Shown piece after piece: positions 28,708 to 39,318 of a stretch of 64,000 bases of DNA. The first letter of the stretch is position 1. Every line of letters begins with the position of its first letter. This DNA is from an uncultured candidate division Zixibacteria bacterium (GTDB taxonomy: Bacteria > Zixibacteria > MSB-5A5 > GN15 > PGXB01), in assembly GCA_963702205.1 (NCBI GenBank), contig OY969724.1:896001-960000 (forward strand). Direction: 5' to 3'. The notes under the pieces were generated by a model. The model ran no database searches. It had not been told where the DNA came from and saw nothing but the letters and a program-made list of their open reading frames with translations. A program made the position numbers and the translations under genes.

Positions 28708-29604
28708 CTATTCTGTATATTTCTTCAAGGCGCGTTTCAAATCGGTATCGATGAAAATATAACCGGCGTCGTTGAGTACTTTTGGCACGGCCCTTATGCT
28801 TGATAACAGCGTTTCTTCGGCCATTTCACCGTACTTCAGGCGCAGTACAAAAGCCGGAATGACCGCTATGGAGGGGCGTTTCAAAACTTCAGCCAGCGCC
28901 TTGGTGAATTCCCGGTTGGTGGCGGGTAAGGGTGCAACGACGTTGACCGGGCCGCTTATTTTCTCATTTTCCAGGACGAATTTGATGACGCCCACGACGT
29001 CATCGAGGCCGATCCAGCTTAAGTACTGCTGACCGTCGCCGATTCTTCCGCCCAGGCCCAGCTTGAAATATTTAATCATGCGCGGCAGGGCGCCTCCGTC
29101 AGGTGACAGCACTACTCCGATACGCAGGCGCACCGCTCTTATATCGGTTTGCTCCAATGTCTCCGAAGCCTTCTCCCATTGGCGCGTCAGCTCAGCCAAA
29201 AAACCGGTGCCGCAATCGCCTTGCTCGGTGAGCTCTTCGTCGCCCCGGCTGCCATAATAACCTATCGCCGACGCCATAATAAACACGCGGGGCGGGTTTT
29301 TCAGCTGCATCAGGCGGCTGCATAAAAGCCGGGTGCTGTGGACGCGGCTATCCACGAACTTCTTCTTGTTTTCTTCGGTCCATTTGGAGTCCGCCACGTT
29401 TTCTCCGGACAGGTGTATGAAAGCGTCGAAACCTTCCATCGCGACGGCGTCGAGCACGCCCGTCTCGGGATTCCAGGCGATCGTGCCGGCACCGACCGGC
29501 CCGCCGGGCCGCACCAGTTTCGTAATGTTATGACCATCGGCCAGAAGTCCTTTGGTCAGGGCCGATCCGAGCAGGCCCGATGATCCGGAAATGACGATTT
29601 TCAA
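28708..29604 (-). CDS. TIGR01777/YfcH-family NAD-dependent epimerase-like protein
   Basis: ISGSSGLLG, ASAIGYYG, LRIGVVL, GLGGRIGDGQQYLSWI. Confidence 0.92.
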   Translation of the reverse strand: MKIVISGSSGLLGSALTKGLLADGHNITKLVRPGGPVGAGTIAWNPETGVLDAVAMEGFDAFIHLSGENVADSKWTEENKKKFVDSRVHSTRLLCSRLMQLKNPPRVFIMASAIGYYGSRGDEELTEQGDCGTGFLAELTRQWEKASETLEQTDIRAVRLRIGVVLSPDGGALPRMIKYFKLGLGGRIGDGQQYLSWIGLDDVVGVIKFVLENEKISGPVNVVAPLPATNREFTKALAEVLKRPSIAVIPAFVLRLKYGEMAEETLLSSIRAVPKVLNDAGYIFIDTDLKRALKKYTE

Positions 29605-29614
29605 AAGTCTGTCC

Positions 29615-30097
29615 TTATTTGGTCAGTTCTTCCAGCTTTTCTTTGACCTTTGCGGCGTGCCCGGCCGCTTTGACTGCATTCCAGGCGTGGGCGACTTTGC
29701 CTTTGGGGTCGATTAAAAACGTACTGCGGATGACCCCGGTTACTTCACGGCCGTACATCTTCTTGACGCCCCACGCTCCGTACTTTGCCATTGTCTTGTG
29801 TTCCGGATCGCTTAAGAGCGTGACTTTCAAATTGTATTTCTTTATGAACGCCCGGTGTTTTTCGGGAGTATCGGGCGATATACCGACCACGGTTGCATCG
29901 AGCTTGTCGAACGAGCGAATATTATCAGTAAATTCGCAGGCCTCGGTAGTGCAGCCGGGGGTGTCGTCTTTGGGATAAAAATAAAGAATCAGCCAGCGAC
30001 CCATATAATCGGAGAGTTTTGTTTGTTCTCCGTCCTGGTTCGGCAGTGTAAAGGCTGGAGCGGCGTTACCCGATGTTACTGTTTTGGTTTCGGTCAT
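29615..30097 (-). CDS. bcp: Thioredoxin-dependent peroxiredoxin Bcp
   Basis: YFYPKDDTPGCTTEAC, RSTFLID. Confidence 0.95.
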   Translation of the reverse strand: MTETKTVTSGNAAPAFTLPNQDGEQTKLSDYMGRWLILYFYPKDDTPGCTTEACEFTDNIRSFDKLDATVVGISPDTPEKHRAFIKKYNLKVTLLSDPEHKTMAKYGAWGVKKMYGREVTGVIRSTFLIDPKGKVAHAWNAVKAAGHAAKVKEKLEELTK

Positions 30098-30286
30098 ATC
30101 GAAATCCTTCTTTTTGACATTAGTTATTTAAATCAAATAACGCGTTAAAACAATAAATGTTCGCAAACCCGATTTGACGCAGGGAAGGTAATTAATACTC
30201 TTTTTCTCATGTTTAAAATCACCGCGTTGCGTCCATAATGAAATAAAAAAGTTGCCAGCCGCCCAATTCTTGTACATATTGGGCTA

Positions 30287-31687
30287 ATGGACTTCCCGAT
30301 GTTTTTTTTGGATTTTACCGGTAATCGTATTCTGATGGCCATTATCGGTTCACTTCACGTAATCGTCAACCATCCCTTTGCAATCGGTGCGTATCCGCTG
30401 GTAGTATTGATGGAGTGGTGGGGGCGCAGAACCGGTCGGCCCGAATGGGATCGTCTGGCCTATAAAATTACGTTCGTGCTTTTTATCGTCACGACCAGTA
30501 TCGGCGCCTTGACCGGGGTCGGGATCTGGCTGACGGCGTCTCTTATCGCGCCCTTCGGCATCGGCAGCCTCCTTAGAATATTTTTCTGGATCTGGTTTAC
30601 CGAGTGGACGATTTTTGTCAGCGAAGTAATCCTGATCTTGATTTACTTCCTGACCTGGAAACGTTGGTCACAGGGAGTTATGAAAAACGTGCATATAGCC
30701 GTGGGGGTCCTGCTGAGCGTGGTTTCCTGGTTCACGATGGTCATAATCGTGGCGATACTCGGCTTCATGATGGGCAGCGGCTCCTGGCCGGTTCATCGCA
30801 CGCTGCTAACAGCCATTGCCAACCCGATCTATATCCCTCAACTGGCTTTCCGCACTACGTTTGCTCTGGGTACGGCCGGTTTGTTCGCGTGGTTCATGAT
30901 CTTTTTCTTCACGGATAAAGGCAGCGACTTTAGAAGACAGGCGATCAGGTTCGTATCCGGCTGGATTCTGTGCTGGAGTGTTCCGTTTATTGCGTCATCG
31001 ATATGGTACTGGCAGGTAGTGCCCGTCATTATGCAGGATAACGTGAACGTCGCTCTTATGACTCTTCGCTTCGCCCAATGGTACCAAACTCTGGCCTACC
31101 TCATGGCAGCGGCCGTGGTGCTTATCATTTTGACGGCGCTGGTCGGTATGTTCCGTCCGAGATTAATTCCGGGATTCTTTTTGATTCTGCCCTTCATATT
31201 CGGGATATGGCTTTTGGGACATTTCGAACGGGTTCGCGAGTTCATCCGCAAGCCATACGTGGTCGATAATTTCATGTATTCCAACGGCGTGCTGGTGAGT
31301 AATCTGCCGGTGTTCCAGCGCGACGGAATCTTGCCGTATTGCACGTATGTCAACCATCGGACGGTAACTCCCGACAACGAAGTTGACGCCGGACGCGATG
31401 TCTTTATGGTCGCCTGCTCGCGGTGTCATACGACCGGTGGACTCAACAGCGTAGTCAGGAAATTTACGAACCTGTACGGTAAGAGTCCGCTCGATACCAA
31501 TGCGGTGCAGGGATTCATACGCACCATGCATACGACGCGGACTTTTATGCCGCCGTTTCCGGGCAATGACAAAGAACTCGGGGCGCTGGCGGCGTACATA
31601 AAGAAATTGCAGACTAATTATGAGCCGATATTCAACGCCCAGACCGACTGGACGATCAGGACCGATACGACCGGGGCCGGGCCGTGA
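30287..31687 (+). CDS. CydA-like membrane protein with C-terminal c-type cytochrome
   Basis: About 9 TM segments; LHVIVNH, GALTGVGIW, TEW, EFIRKPY (GRQPW equivalent); CSRCH and MPPF. Confidence 0.75.
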   Translation: MDFPMFFLDFTGNRILMAIIGSLHVIVNHPFAIGAYPLVVLMEWWGRRTGRPEWDRLAYKITFVLFIVTTSIGALTGVGIWLTASLIAPFGIGSLLRIFFWIWFTEWTIFVSEVILILIYFLTWKRWSQGVMKNVHIAVGVLLSVVSWFTMVIIVAILGFMMGSGSWPVHRTLLTAIANPIYIPQLAFRTTFALGTAGLFAWFMIFFFTDKGSDFRRQAIRFVSGWILCWSVPFIASSIWYWQVVPVIMQDNVNVALMTLRFAQWYQTLAYLMAAAVVLIILTALVGMFRPRLIPGFFLILPFIFGIWLLGHFERVREFIRKPYVVDNFMYSNGVLVSNLPVFQRDGILPYCTYVNHRTVTPDNEVDAGRDVFMVACSRCHTTGGLNSVVRKFTNLYGKSPLDTNAVQGFIRTMHTTRTFMPPFPGNDKELGALAAYIKKLQTNYEPIFNAQTDWTIRTDTTGAGP

Positions 31688-33069
31688 TGATTAGGCTGAT
31701 ACTGTTTTTGCAGGCGATGCCGGTTCCCCGGGACCTGGAACTGCCGCTGCCTCTCGGCGAGTACGAACTTAAAATCATCCTGGTACTGCTCTTTCTGGTG
31801 CACATAATATTCGTGAATCTGATGCTTGGGGGGACGGCCTTTGCGGTCGTATTTGAAATAATCGGCCGTAAAATCCCCCGTTACGATACCCTTGCACGGC
31901 GTCTGGCCGATACGGTTACGGTCAACAAGAGCCTTGCAGTCGTGCTGGGCGTGGGGCCGCTATTGTGCATGAACCTGGCGTACACCATACATTTCTATTC
32001 GGCCAACGCCCTGACCGGTTATGCCTGGATTCAGATAATACCGCTGGTAATAACGGCCTTTCTGGCGACGTACGTCTATAAGTACACCTGGGGTCGGTGG
32101 TCGGGCGAGAGAAAGAAACTGCATATTTCGATCGGCGTCGCCGCGACGTTTCTGTTTTTGTCCATTCCCTTTCTTTTCCTGTCGAATATAAATTTGATGC
32201 TCTTTCCGGCCCAGTGGAATCAGGTGAGCGGGTTTTTCTCGTCGCTCCGGGTCGGCAACGTCTTTCCCCGCTATTTTCATTTCGTGACGGCGTCGCTGGC
32301 ACTGACCGGTCTTTTTGCCTCGGCCTGGTTGTCGCGCAAAAAATTCCCGCTCGAAGAAAAACTTCCGGGCTTCACACGGCCTGAAATCAAACGGCTGTTT
32401 TACCGGGCGGCGTTTTATTTTACCTTAGCGCAATTGGTCTTCGGACCTTTGCTCCTGTTTACGCTGCCGTACAATGGCGTGACGGGCATTTTGTTCGTGA
32501 TAATACTATCCGGTGTCGGTCTAGCCTTAATCGCCCTGCTGTTGCTCCGGGCGGAAATATTGTCGTCGGACGATAAAATCGGGCGGCTGCTGGCACCGAT
32601 TTGTATTCTTCTGGCTTTGACGGTACTGGCGATGGGCACCGGGCGGCACACCTACCGCGAAGCCTGCCTGGTGGATCATAAGGCCATGATTGCGGATGCG
32701 ACGTCGAGTTTCCATGCCGTGGAGACGGCCACGCGGATGCGCATCGACGCCGGGCTCGGAGCGGGCAACGCCATCGAAACCGCGCCGACCGGGAAATCGG
32801 TCTTCCAGACTTGCGCGGCGTGTCATGCGCTTAACCACGTCCTGGCGGCCCCGCCGCTGACGGAAGTCGCGAAAATATACAAAGACAATCCCGCCGGTAT
32901 CGTGGCCTGGGCCAAACATCCCGGCAAGAAACGCCCGCAGTTCACCCAGATGCCATCGTTCGCGAGTCTGGGTGATTACAAGCTTGAACTGGTCGCGAAT
33001 TATATTCTCAAGATCGCGTCAAGCCACGATTCCAAAGAAGAATCCAAAGAAGCTTCAAAAGAAAATTAA
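31684..33069 (+). CDS. Partner CydA-like membrane protein with C-terminal c-type cytochrome
   Basis: VHIIFVNLMLGG, GVGPLL, PRYFHF; CAACH and MPSF; 4-nt overlap with the upstream gene. Confidence 0.75.
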   Translation: MMIRLILFLQAMPVPRDLELPLPLGEYELKIILVLLFLVHIIFVNLMLGGTAFAVVFEIIGRKIPRYDTLARRLADTVTVNKSLAVVLGVGPLLCMNLAYTIHFYSANALTGYAWIQIIPLVITAFLATYVYKYTWGRWSGERKKLHISIGVAATFLFLSIPFLFLSNINLMLFPAQWNQVSGFFSSLRVGNVFPRYFHFVTASLALTGLFASAWLSRKKFPLEEKLPGFTRPEIKRLFYRAAFYFTLAQLVFGPLLLFTLPYNGVTGILFVIILSGVGLALIALLLLRAEILSSDDKIGRLLAPICILLALTVLAMGTGRHTYREACLVDHKAMIADATSSFHAVETATRMRIDAGLGAGNAIETAPTGKSVFQTCAACHALNHVLAAPPLTEVAKIYKDNPAGIVAWAKHPGKKRPQFTQMPSFASLGDYKLELVANYILKIASSHDSKEESKEASKEN

Positions 33070-33105
33070 AATCAGTTTTGGTTAAGACAATGGCAGCGGA
33101 CGGGC

Positions 33106-34821
33106 TTAGCTTTTTTGCATTTTTGCCCAGCTGTCGCGCAGACCGACAGTACGATTGAAGACCAGTTTCTCCGGTGATGAGTCTTTGCTGTCGAGACAAA
33201 AATAGCCCTGTCTTAAAAACTGATAGCTGTCGCCGACCTTGGCGTCTTTAAGTGATGCTTCCAGTTTGCAGCCGGTCAGGATTTCGCGGGAGTCGGGGTT
33301 GACATAGTCCTTGAAATCTTTGCCTTCCTCGGCGTCGAGCGGGTCTTCTTTCGTGAACAACTGCTCGAACAATCTTATTTCGGCTTCGACAGTGTGTTCG
33401 GCGCTGACCCAGTGCAGCGTCCCTTTGACGCGACGACCGTCGGGTGTCCCGCCCCCGCGCGATTCCGGGTCATAAGTACAGTGCAGTTCGACTATTCCAC
33501 CGTCATTGTCTTTTATAACTTTATCGCAGGTGATGTAATAGGCGTGCTTGAGACGAACTTCCGCCCCCGGCGCCAGCCGGAAGAATTTCCTGGGCGGGTC
33601 TTCCATGAAGTCGTCGCGTTCGATATATATTTCCCGTCCGAACATAACCGGCCGCGTCCCAGCGGCTTCGTCTTCGGGGTTGTTGATCGCGTCGAGTCCC
33701 TCGGTTTTGCCTTCGGGGTAGTTGGTGATAACTACCCTAAGTGGTCGAAGGACCACCATCACCCGCTTCGCGGTGAGGTTCAGTTCTTCGCGCAGGATCG
33801 AATCCAGCAGGGCTTTGTCGACCATGCTTTCGCGCTTGGCGACACCGATCCGGTCACAGAAGTTGCGTATCGAATTGGCCGTATAGCCGCGTCGTCTGAC
33901 ACCGGATATGGTCGGCATGCGGGGATCGTCCCAGCCGTTGACGAGATTTTCGTCCACAAGTTGAATAAGCTTGCGCTTGCTCATGACGGTAAAGTTCAGG
34001 TTGAGCCGAGCGAATTCTATCTGCTGCGGGTGGTGCACACCCAGTTGATCCAGAAACCAGTCGTACAGCGGGCGGTGATCCTCGAACGATATATCGCACA
34101 AGGAGTGAGTGATGCCTTCCAAAGAGTCCGACAGGCAGTGCGTGAAATCGTACATCGGGTATATATTCCACTTATCGCCGGTGCGGTGGTGCGGTCGTTT
34201 CAATATTCGATAAATGGCGGGATCGCGCATGTTGATATTGGGCGAGGCCATATCGATTTTGGCGCGCAGCGTCCGGCTGCCCTCTTCGAACTCCCCGACT
34301 CTCATTTTCTCGAACAGGTCGAGATTTTCCTCGACCGGACGGTCTCGCCAGGGACTGTCTTTGCCCGGTTCGGTCAGAGTACCCCGGTATTCGCGGACTT
34401 CCTCGGGGCTCAAATCGCAGACGTACGCCTTACCGTCTCTAATGAGTCGAATCGCAAATTCACAAAGCTTGTCGAAATAATCCGAGGCATGGAACAACCG
34501 ATCATCCCAGTCGTACCCCAGCCAGCGAATATCTTCCTGTATGGCTTCGGCATACTCGGTCTTTTCTTTGGCCGGGTTAGTATCGTCGAAACGGAGGTTG
34601 CACAGGCCGCCGTACTTTTGCGCGGTTCCGAAATTAAGACAGATTGACTTGGCGTGGCCGATATGAAGATACCCGTTGGGTTCCGGGGGGAAGCGGGTGT
34701 GAACTCGTCCACCGTTTTTACCCCTGGCCCGGTCCTCGTCGATTATGTCCCAGATGAAATTGGAGCGCTCGGCGCTTTCTTCCGGGCCATCATCTTTCTT
34801 TTTTTCGTCTTTTTCGCTCAT
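33106..34821 (-). CDS. glnS: Glutamine--tRNA ligase
   Basis: [47 protein letters not shown]. Confidence 0.97.
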   Translation of the reverse strand: MSEKDEKKKDDGPEESAERSNFIWDIIDEDRARGKNGGRVHTRFPPEPNGYLHIGHAKSICLNFGTAQKYGGLCNLRFDDTNPAKEKTEYAEAIQEDIRWLGYDWDDRLFHASDYFDKLCEFAIRLIRDGKAYVCDLSPEEVREYRGTLTEPGKDSPWRDRPVEENLDLFEKMRVGEFEEGSRTLRAKIDMASPNINMRDPAIYRILKRPHHRTGDKWNIYPMYDFTHCLSDSLEGITHSLCDISFEDHRPLYDWFLDQLGVHHPQQIEFARLNLNFTVMSKRKLIQLVDENLVNGWDDPRMPTISGVRRRGYTANSIRNFCDRIGVAKRESMVDKALLDSILREELNLTAKRVMVVLRPLRVVITNYPEGKTEGLDAINNPEDEAAGTRPVMFGREIYIERDDFMEDPPRKFFRLAPGAEVRLKHAYYITCDKVIKDNDGGIVELHCTYDPESRGGGTPDGRRVKGTLHWVSAEHTVEAEIRLFEQLFTKEDPLDAEEGKDFKDYVNPDSREILTGCKLEASLKDAKVGDSYQFLRQGYFCLDSKDSSPEKLVFNRTVGLRDSWAKMQKS

Positions 34822-34924
34822 CGGTACAAATCCTTGTTCGCCTTAATATCGGAATATGATCGCCAATTATAAGCCATATCCTGCGGCCTGGCAATAATCA
34901 AATACGTATCGACGGGATAATTTG

Positions 34925-36619
34925 TCAGAGAGAAGGACGGTGTTGTTCGTCGGGCTTGTCGAACGGGAATTTTATCTTGAATTCGGCGCCGTTGCCGAAC
35001 TCGGATTCTATTTCAATTTTGCCGTTGTGATTTTCGATTATTTTGGCGCAGGTTATGAGGCCAAATCCGTGCCCGTGCTCCTTGGTCGTTAACCGGGCCT
35101 TAAAAAGCCGGTTTTTGACTTCCGGCTCGATGCCTTTGCCATTGTCCGCAACGGTCATTTCCACCAAACCATCCTTTTGGGTCGTTTTTACATTGATATG
35201 CCCGATATCGCGTTTGGCTTCGGCGATGGAATCGGCGCCGTTGTTGAAGAAATTCAACAGGAGTTGAGCGACCTGGTCGCGGTCGATCATGACCGGCGGC
35301 AGGTTTTGATCGAGGTCCGCGTTTATATTGATATTACGAAATTTCTTCTGGACCATCACAAAAGCCAAAACGTCACCGATGACCTGATTGAGATTAGCCA
35401 GCTGCTTCTGCGTTTCCAGCCGTGAGAAGTCGGTAAGGCCCGCCGTGAAGCGCGTCATTTGCCCGACGCTTTCAATAAGCTTGGTCAGGGTCGTACCGGC
35501 CTTTTCGAGATCATTTCTGCTAATCGCCAGTTGAGTCATTTCGATACCGCCCATAATTAAGCCGAGATGGTTGTTCAGCTCGTGGGCTATCGACGAAGCC
35601 ATCTGACCTTTTTCCGCGAACTTCTGGAGATCGAACAGTCTTTGTTCACTTTCGGTTTGGTCGGTGATGTCGTCGAGGGTAATGATGATATCCGATTGGT
35701 TCTGGTTTTTGCCGCTGACAAGGCCGACTCTGATATTGTAAACCCTGACAGTATCGTTAATTCCGGCGGTCATATTTTCATAAAATCTGCCCGGTCCACT
35801 TCTTATGCCCGAGGTTAATTTGGATGCCCAGCCGGAAAAGATTTTGTCGGGGAAAATAAGTTCTATGGGAATCTGGTGCAATGCTTCGATAGGCGGAAGA
35901 TTGGGCTTGAACTGGTGCAGGATATCGTAACCGGCTATGTTGATCTGCTGCAGGAGTTTATCGGGATCGAAAACAAAAACGCCCTGCTTAACACTGTTCA
36001 ATATATTCAGGTACCGGGCGTTGAGCCCCGAGATTTCCATAAACAGGAACGAATTGGCGATAAACGGTATGATTGAATTTATGAGCGTTGATAAAAGCTC
36101 CAACTCTTTGTGATCGAACGGCTTGCGGTTGACTTTCTGGCCCAGGCCCAGCAGGCCGATCAGCTTGTTGCCGTGTATAAGCGGTGCAATAATATCGACG
36201 TTATGCTCCGACAGGATGAAAACCATCCCGGCCGCTTTTCCCGGAAGAGCCATATCCGCCAGCTTTTGGGGACCTTTATTATTCAGGAAATATGATTCGT
36301 GTTCTTCGCTTATTTCCAATCCGGCCAGGTGAGGATTCGATTTATATCGCCCGCTCGCAAAAAAGTATCTGTCCGGCGCATAGCCACGATTTTTCTGAAA
36401 TAGGGCGAATGAACTGGAGACGGCGAATTGCCCCGACAAAGTCAGCAGGAGCACGTCGATTAATTTATCAAAATTGGGCTGATTCGAGAATTGTCGAGCC
36501 AGCTTCGAAAGAGCATCGAGAGCCAGCATCTGTCGGTCGGCCGCCTGGCGGCCGCTGAGAATTATGCTCCCGGTGTCATTTATGCGATCATCGGACATTT
36601 TATTTATTTGATCTGACAC
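34925..36619 (-). CDS. Cytoplasmic sensor histidine kinase (GAF-like, PAS-like, HisKA, HATPase)
   Basis: IAHELNNHL, QLLLNFFNNG, DNGKGI, GHGFGL; alternative start at 36598. Confidence 0.9.
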   Translation of the reverse strand: MSDQINKMSDDRINDTGSIILSGRQAADRQMLALDALSKLARQFSNQPNFDKLIDVLLLTLSGQFAVSSSFALFQKNRGYAPDRYFFASGRYKSNPHLAGLEISEEHESYFLNNKGPQKLADMALPGKAAGMVFILSEHNVDIIAPLIHGNKLIGLLGLGQKVNRKPFDHKELELLSTLINSIIPFIANSFLFMEISGLNARYLNILNSVKQGVFVFDPDKLLQQINIAGYDILHQFKPNLPPIEALHQIPIELIFPDKIFSGWASKLTSGIRSGPGRFYENMTAGINDTVRVYNIRVGLVSGKNQNQSDIIITLDDITDQTESEQRLFDLQKFAEKGQMASSIAHELNNHLGLIMGGIEMTQLAISRNDLEKAGTTLTKLIESVGQMTRFTAGLTDFSRLETQKQLANLNQVIGDVLAFVMVQKKFRNININADLDQNLPPVMIDRDQVAQLLLNFFNNGADSIAEAKRDIGHINVKTTQKDGLVEMTVADNGKGIEPEVKNRLFKARLTTKEHGHGFGLITCAKIIENHNGKIEIESEFGNGAEFKIKFPFDKPDEQHRPSL

Positions 36620-36957
36620 ATCTGTCGGGCGTCTGAATCAGTGGCCCGGATGGTCAAATACTCCTTCAAATCGAGAACGTCGAGAACGTGAATAATATTT
36701 TCCCTGGCATTACAAAGGACTATGTCACCCCTCACTTCCCGGAATATTTCTACCGAACCCAAAATGGCCCCGACTCCGGCCGACGAGATAAACTCAAGGT
36801 TTTTCATATCGACGATGACATGGCCAAATCCCTGCGATCTGATTTCAGTCAGCAGGCTGGACAGATTTTCGGCATTTTCATTGTCAAGCAGATGGCCGAT
36901 TTCGATAATCATGCAGTCATCGTTGAGTTGGTGTTTATTTATATCGTGCGCTGACAT
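36604..36957 (-). CDS. STAS anti-sigma-factor antagonist (RsbV/SpoIIAA-like)
   Basis: IVDMKNLEFISSAGVG containing the phosphoacceptor Ser. Confidence 0.9.
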   Translation of the reverse strand: MSAHDINKHQLNDDCMIIEIGHLLDNENAENLSSLLTEIRSQGFGHVIVDMKNLEFISSAGVGAILGSVEIFREVRGDIVLCNARENIIHVLDVLDLKEYLTIRATDSDARQMCQIK

Positions 36958-36960
36958 ATT

Positions 36961-37728
36961 CTATCTCCAAAATTTTTCCAGGGTAAGAACATTGCAATTA
37001 TTGTCTTTTTGATTGTATTTAATGCCGTCGGTCATGCGATTTATCATGAGTAGTCCATAGCCACGTTTCTGACCGTTTTGCGCGGCGACCATGACGTCAA
37101 AATCGAGCCCGCTATCGGTCGGGTCAAAGCGAACACCGCGATATTCGAATTCCATATGGAGTTTGTCCGAGTCGGGCAGGCATCGCAGGAGTATGCGTTC
37201 ATCATCTGAAATTTCTGAATGCAGACGGATGTTGGTCGCGATTTCATAGAAAACCGTCTCGATTTCAAACGTGAAGAGGTCGGAGACGTTGAGTGACGTC
37301 AGGTAGTTCTGAAATCGTTCAAGGGCTATTTTAATCTCTGTCGCTTCGGGTCCGAAGCCGATTTGCCACGCGGGCCTGGTTTCAGCATGAGTCGAAGGTG
37401 AGTTAACCTGTATCCTGGTCGTAGCCTGAGCCGGTTCGCACGTTAACAAATCGTAGATATCCAGAATTTTCAATACCCGGATGAGTTTTTCAGAGGTATT
37501 AACCAGGCGGGCCCGTATTCCGGAATCCTGACATTGATTGTGGGCCTGCCAAAGCAGGTTAACATGCTTGGAGGTTACCCACTTAAGCCTCGAACAATCG
37601 AGGAATATTTCCTGGGGAGAACCGCCGATCAATGAGGTCAATTGTTCCGTAAAATCATTCACGGATTCATCGGCCAGATCGATCGGCACGACAATACTGC
37701 CGTCGTTTTTTTTCGAATTTGCCTGCAT
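36961..37728 (-). CDS. STAS-RsbW-type (HATPase) fusion protein
   Basis: LDCSRLKWVTS (STAS); EIATNIRLH, GVRFDP, RGYGLLMI (anti-sigma kinase boxes). Confidence 0.85.
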   Translation of the reverse strand: MQANSKKNDGSIVVPIDLADESVNDFTEQLTSLIGGSPQEIFLDCSRLKWVTSKHVNLLWQAHNQCQDSGIRARLVNTSEKLIRVLKILDIYDLLTCEPAQATTRIQVNSPSTHAETRPAWQIGFGPEATEIKIALERFQNYLTSLNVSDLFTFEIETVFYEIATNIRLHSEISDDERILLRCLPDSDKLHMEFEYRGVRFDPTDSGLDFDVMVAAQNGQKRGYGLLMINRMTDGIKYNQKDNNCNVLTLEKFWR

Positions 37729-37740
37729 AATGACCTTAAT

Positions 37741-39318
37741 CTATGCTTTAAAAATTGCTTCCCTGGGTACGGCCGCTTTCCATTTCATGACCAAAAGAGT
37801 AATGTCATCGAACTGCGGCAGGTCACCAGTGAACCGTCGATGTTCCGAGAGAACTTTTTCGACCAGTTTTCGTGGCGTTTCCCGCCGGTTGTCTTCCAGC
37901 AGCCGGATGAATTTATCCATACCGAATTCTTCGTGTTCGGTGTTCTGGGCTTCGTTGATGCCGTCGGTGTACTGAACCAGCCAGTCATCGGGTTTAAGTA
38001 TGGCGCGACCGGTTTCGATCCGTTCGCGGAACTGATCCGACGGAACCATCCCGAGCGGAAAACCCGGAGTCTTGATTTTCTCGACCGTGCCAATCCCGGA
38101 ATCGACGATCAAGAGCTGGTTGTGTCCGGCCGATGCGAAATTGAAAAGACCGGTGTTTTTATCGAGGACGCCGAAAAACATCGTGACAAACGTCCCGCGC
38201 TTGATATTGTACAGCAACTCTTCGTTGACCTGCGACAGCAGCCTTGATGGTTCGTGTTCGCGGCGGATCAAGTTTCTGATTATGTCGCGGGTCATCAGCA
38301 TAACCAACATACCGGGCAGGGACTTTCCGGATACATCGGCAACGAGGAACGCCTGGTGGTCGTGGTCGATGTCTATAAAATCGTAATAGTCGCCGCTCAC
38401 TTCACGGGCACTTTGGTACATTCCGAAAAATTCAAAATTGTCCCCTTTCGGGTATTTCTTGGGCAGAATGTTTTCCTGTATCTGGCGGGCGATTTCCAGT
38501 TCCCGTTCAAACCGTTCTTTTTCGATCAACTGGCGCCGGGCGATATTCAACCTGTCGCCCATGACGTGCAGCGTCTCCGCGAGATAACCGAATTCATTTT
38601 TGCCGGTCACGGGTATATTTATGGCAATATTATCGGGGTTGATTTGTTTCAGGCCGTCGGTAATCTGTGCGATAGGTTTCAGTTTTTTATTCAGAATCAA
38701 CAGCGTCAATGGCAGACCGATAAGTATCATTATAGCCGTTATGGATACCACGGTCGTGATCGACGTCGATCGGGCCTGGTCGATTTGGCTGGTCGATGAA
38801 GCCAGCCCAAGGTACCCGACGGTAATGCCGTTTTCCTTAACCGGCACCGATATCATTATGGTATCGGGGTTCATGCGGAAGCCTTCTTCGTCCTTGAGCA
38901 GCTGCTCGAAGCCGTGGCGTCCGATGTTGGCCATCTTCCCGCCGGAAATTACCTGCTTCAAATTAGTATGAGCCAAAAATGATTTGTCCTTGTCGGTTAT
39001 GGCGGCCCAGTAGATATCGGGATCGTCGTTTTTCAGGCGGTTGCAAATATTATTCAAAAGGAGCTCGTCCGGTCCGTTGGAGGCGATGATCAGTTTCCCG
39101 GCCGAACCGGAATAGGCTCGTGACTGCGCCAGCAGTTTTTCGACCGTGTTTTGCGTGACGGTGCCGACGTACTTATCGGTGATAATGTACCCGGTGGCGG
39201 CCATCAGTATCAAAATTATACCGGAAATGTACAGCGCGAACTCCGTCCGGATGGATTTTCTGAATTGACGGGCCTCCGGCCAGTTTCCGGTTGTCGTGTT
39301 TTTTTCATTATTGTCCAT
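37741..39318 (-). CDS. Membrane PP2C/SpoIIE phosphatase with extracytoplasmic domain and HAMP
   Basis: Two TM segments; HAMP (NEFGYLA); SGDYYD, ADVSGK, YTDGINEA, DDITL. Confidence 0.93.
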   Translation of the reverse strand: MDNNEKNTTTGNWPEARQFRKSIRTEFALYISGIILILMAATGYIITDKYVGTVTQNTVEKLLAQSRAYSGSAGKLIIASNGPDELLLNNICNRLKNDDPDIYWAAITDKDKSFLAHTNLKQVISGGKMANIGRHGFEQLLKDEEGFRMNPDTIMISVPVKENGITVGYLGLASSTSQIDQARSTSITTVVSITAIMILIGLPLTLLILNKKLKPIAQITDGLKQINPDNIAINIPVTGKNEFGYLAETLHVMGDRLNIARRQLIEKERFERELEIARQIQENILPKKYPKGDNFEFFGMYQSAREVSGDYYDFIDIDHDHQAFLVADVSGKSLPGMLVMLMTRDIIRNLIRREHEPSRLLSQVNEELLYNIKRGTFVTMFFGVLDKNTGLFNFASAGHNQLLIVDSGIGTVEKIKTPGFPLGMVPSDQFRERIETGRAILKPDDWLVQYTDGINEAQNTEHEEFGMDKFIRLLEDNRRETPRKLVEKVLSEHRRFTGDLPQFDDITLLVMKWKAAVPREAIFKA

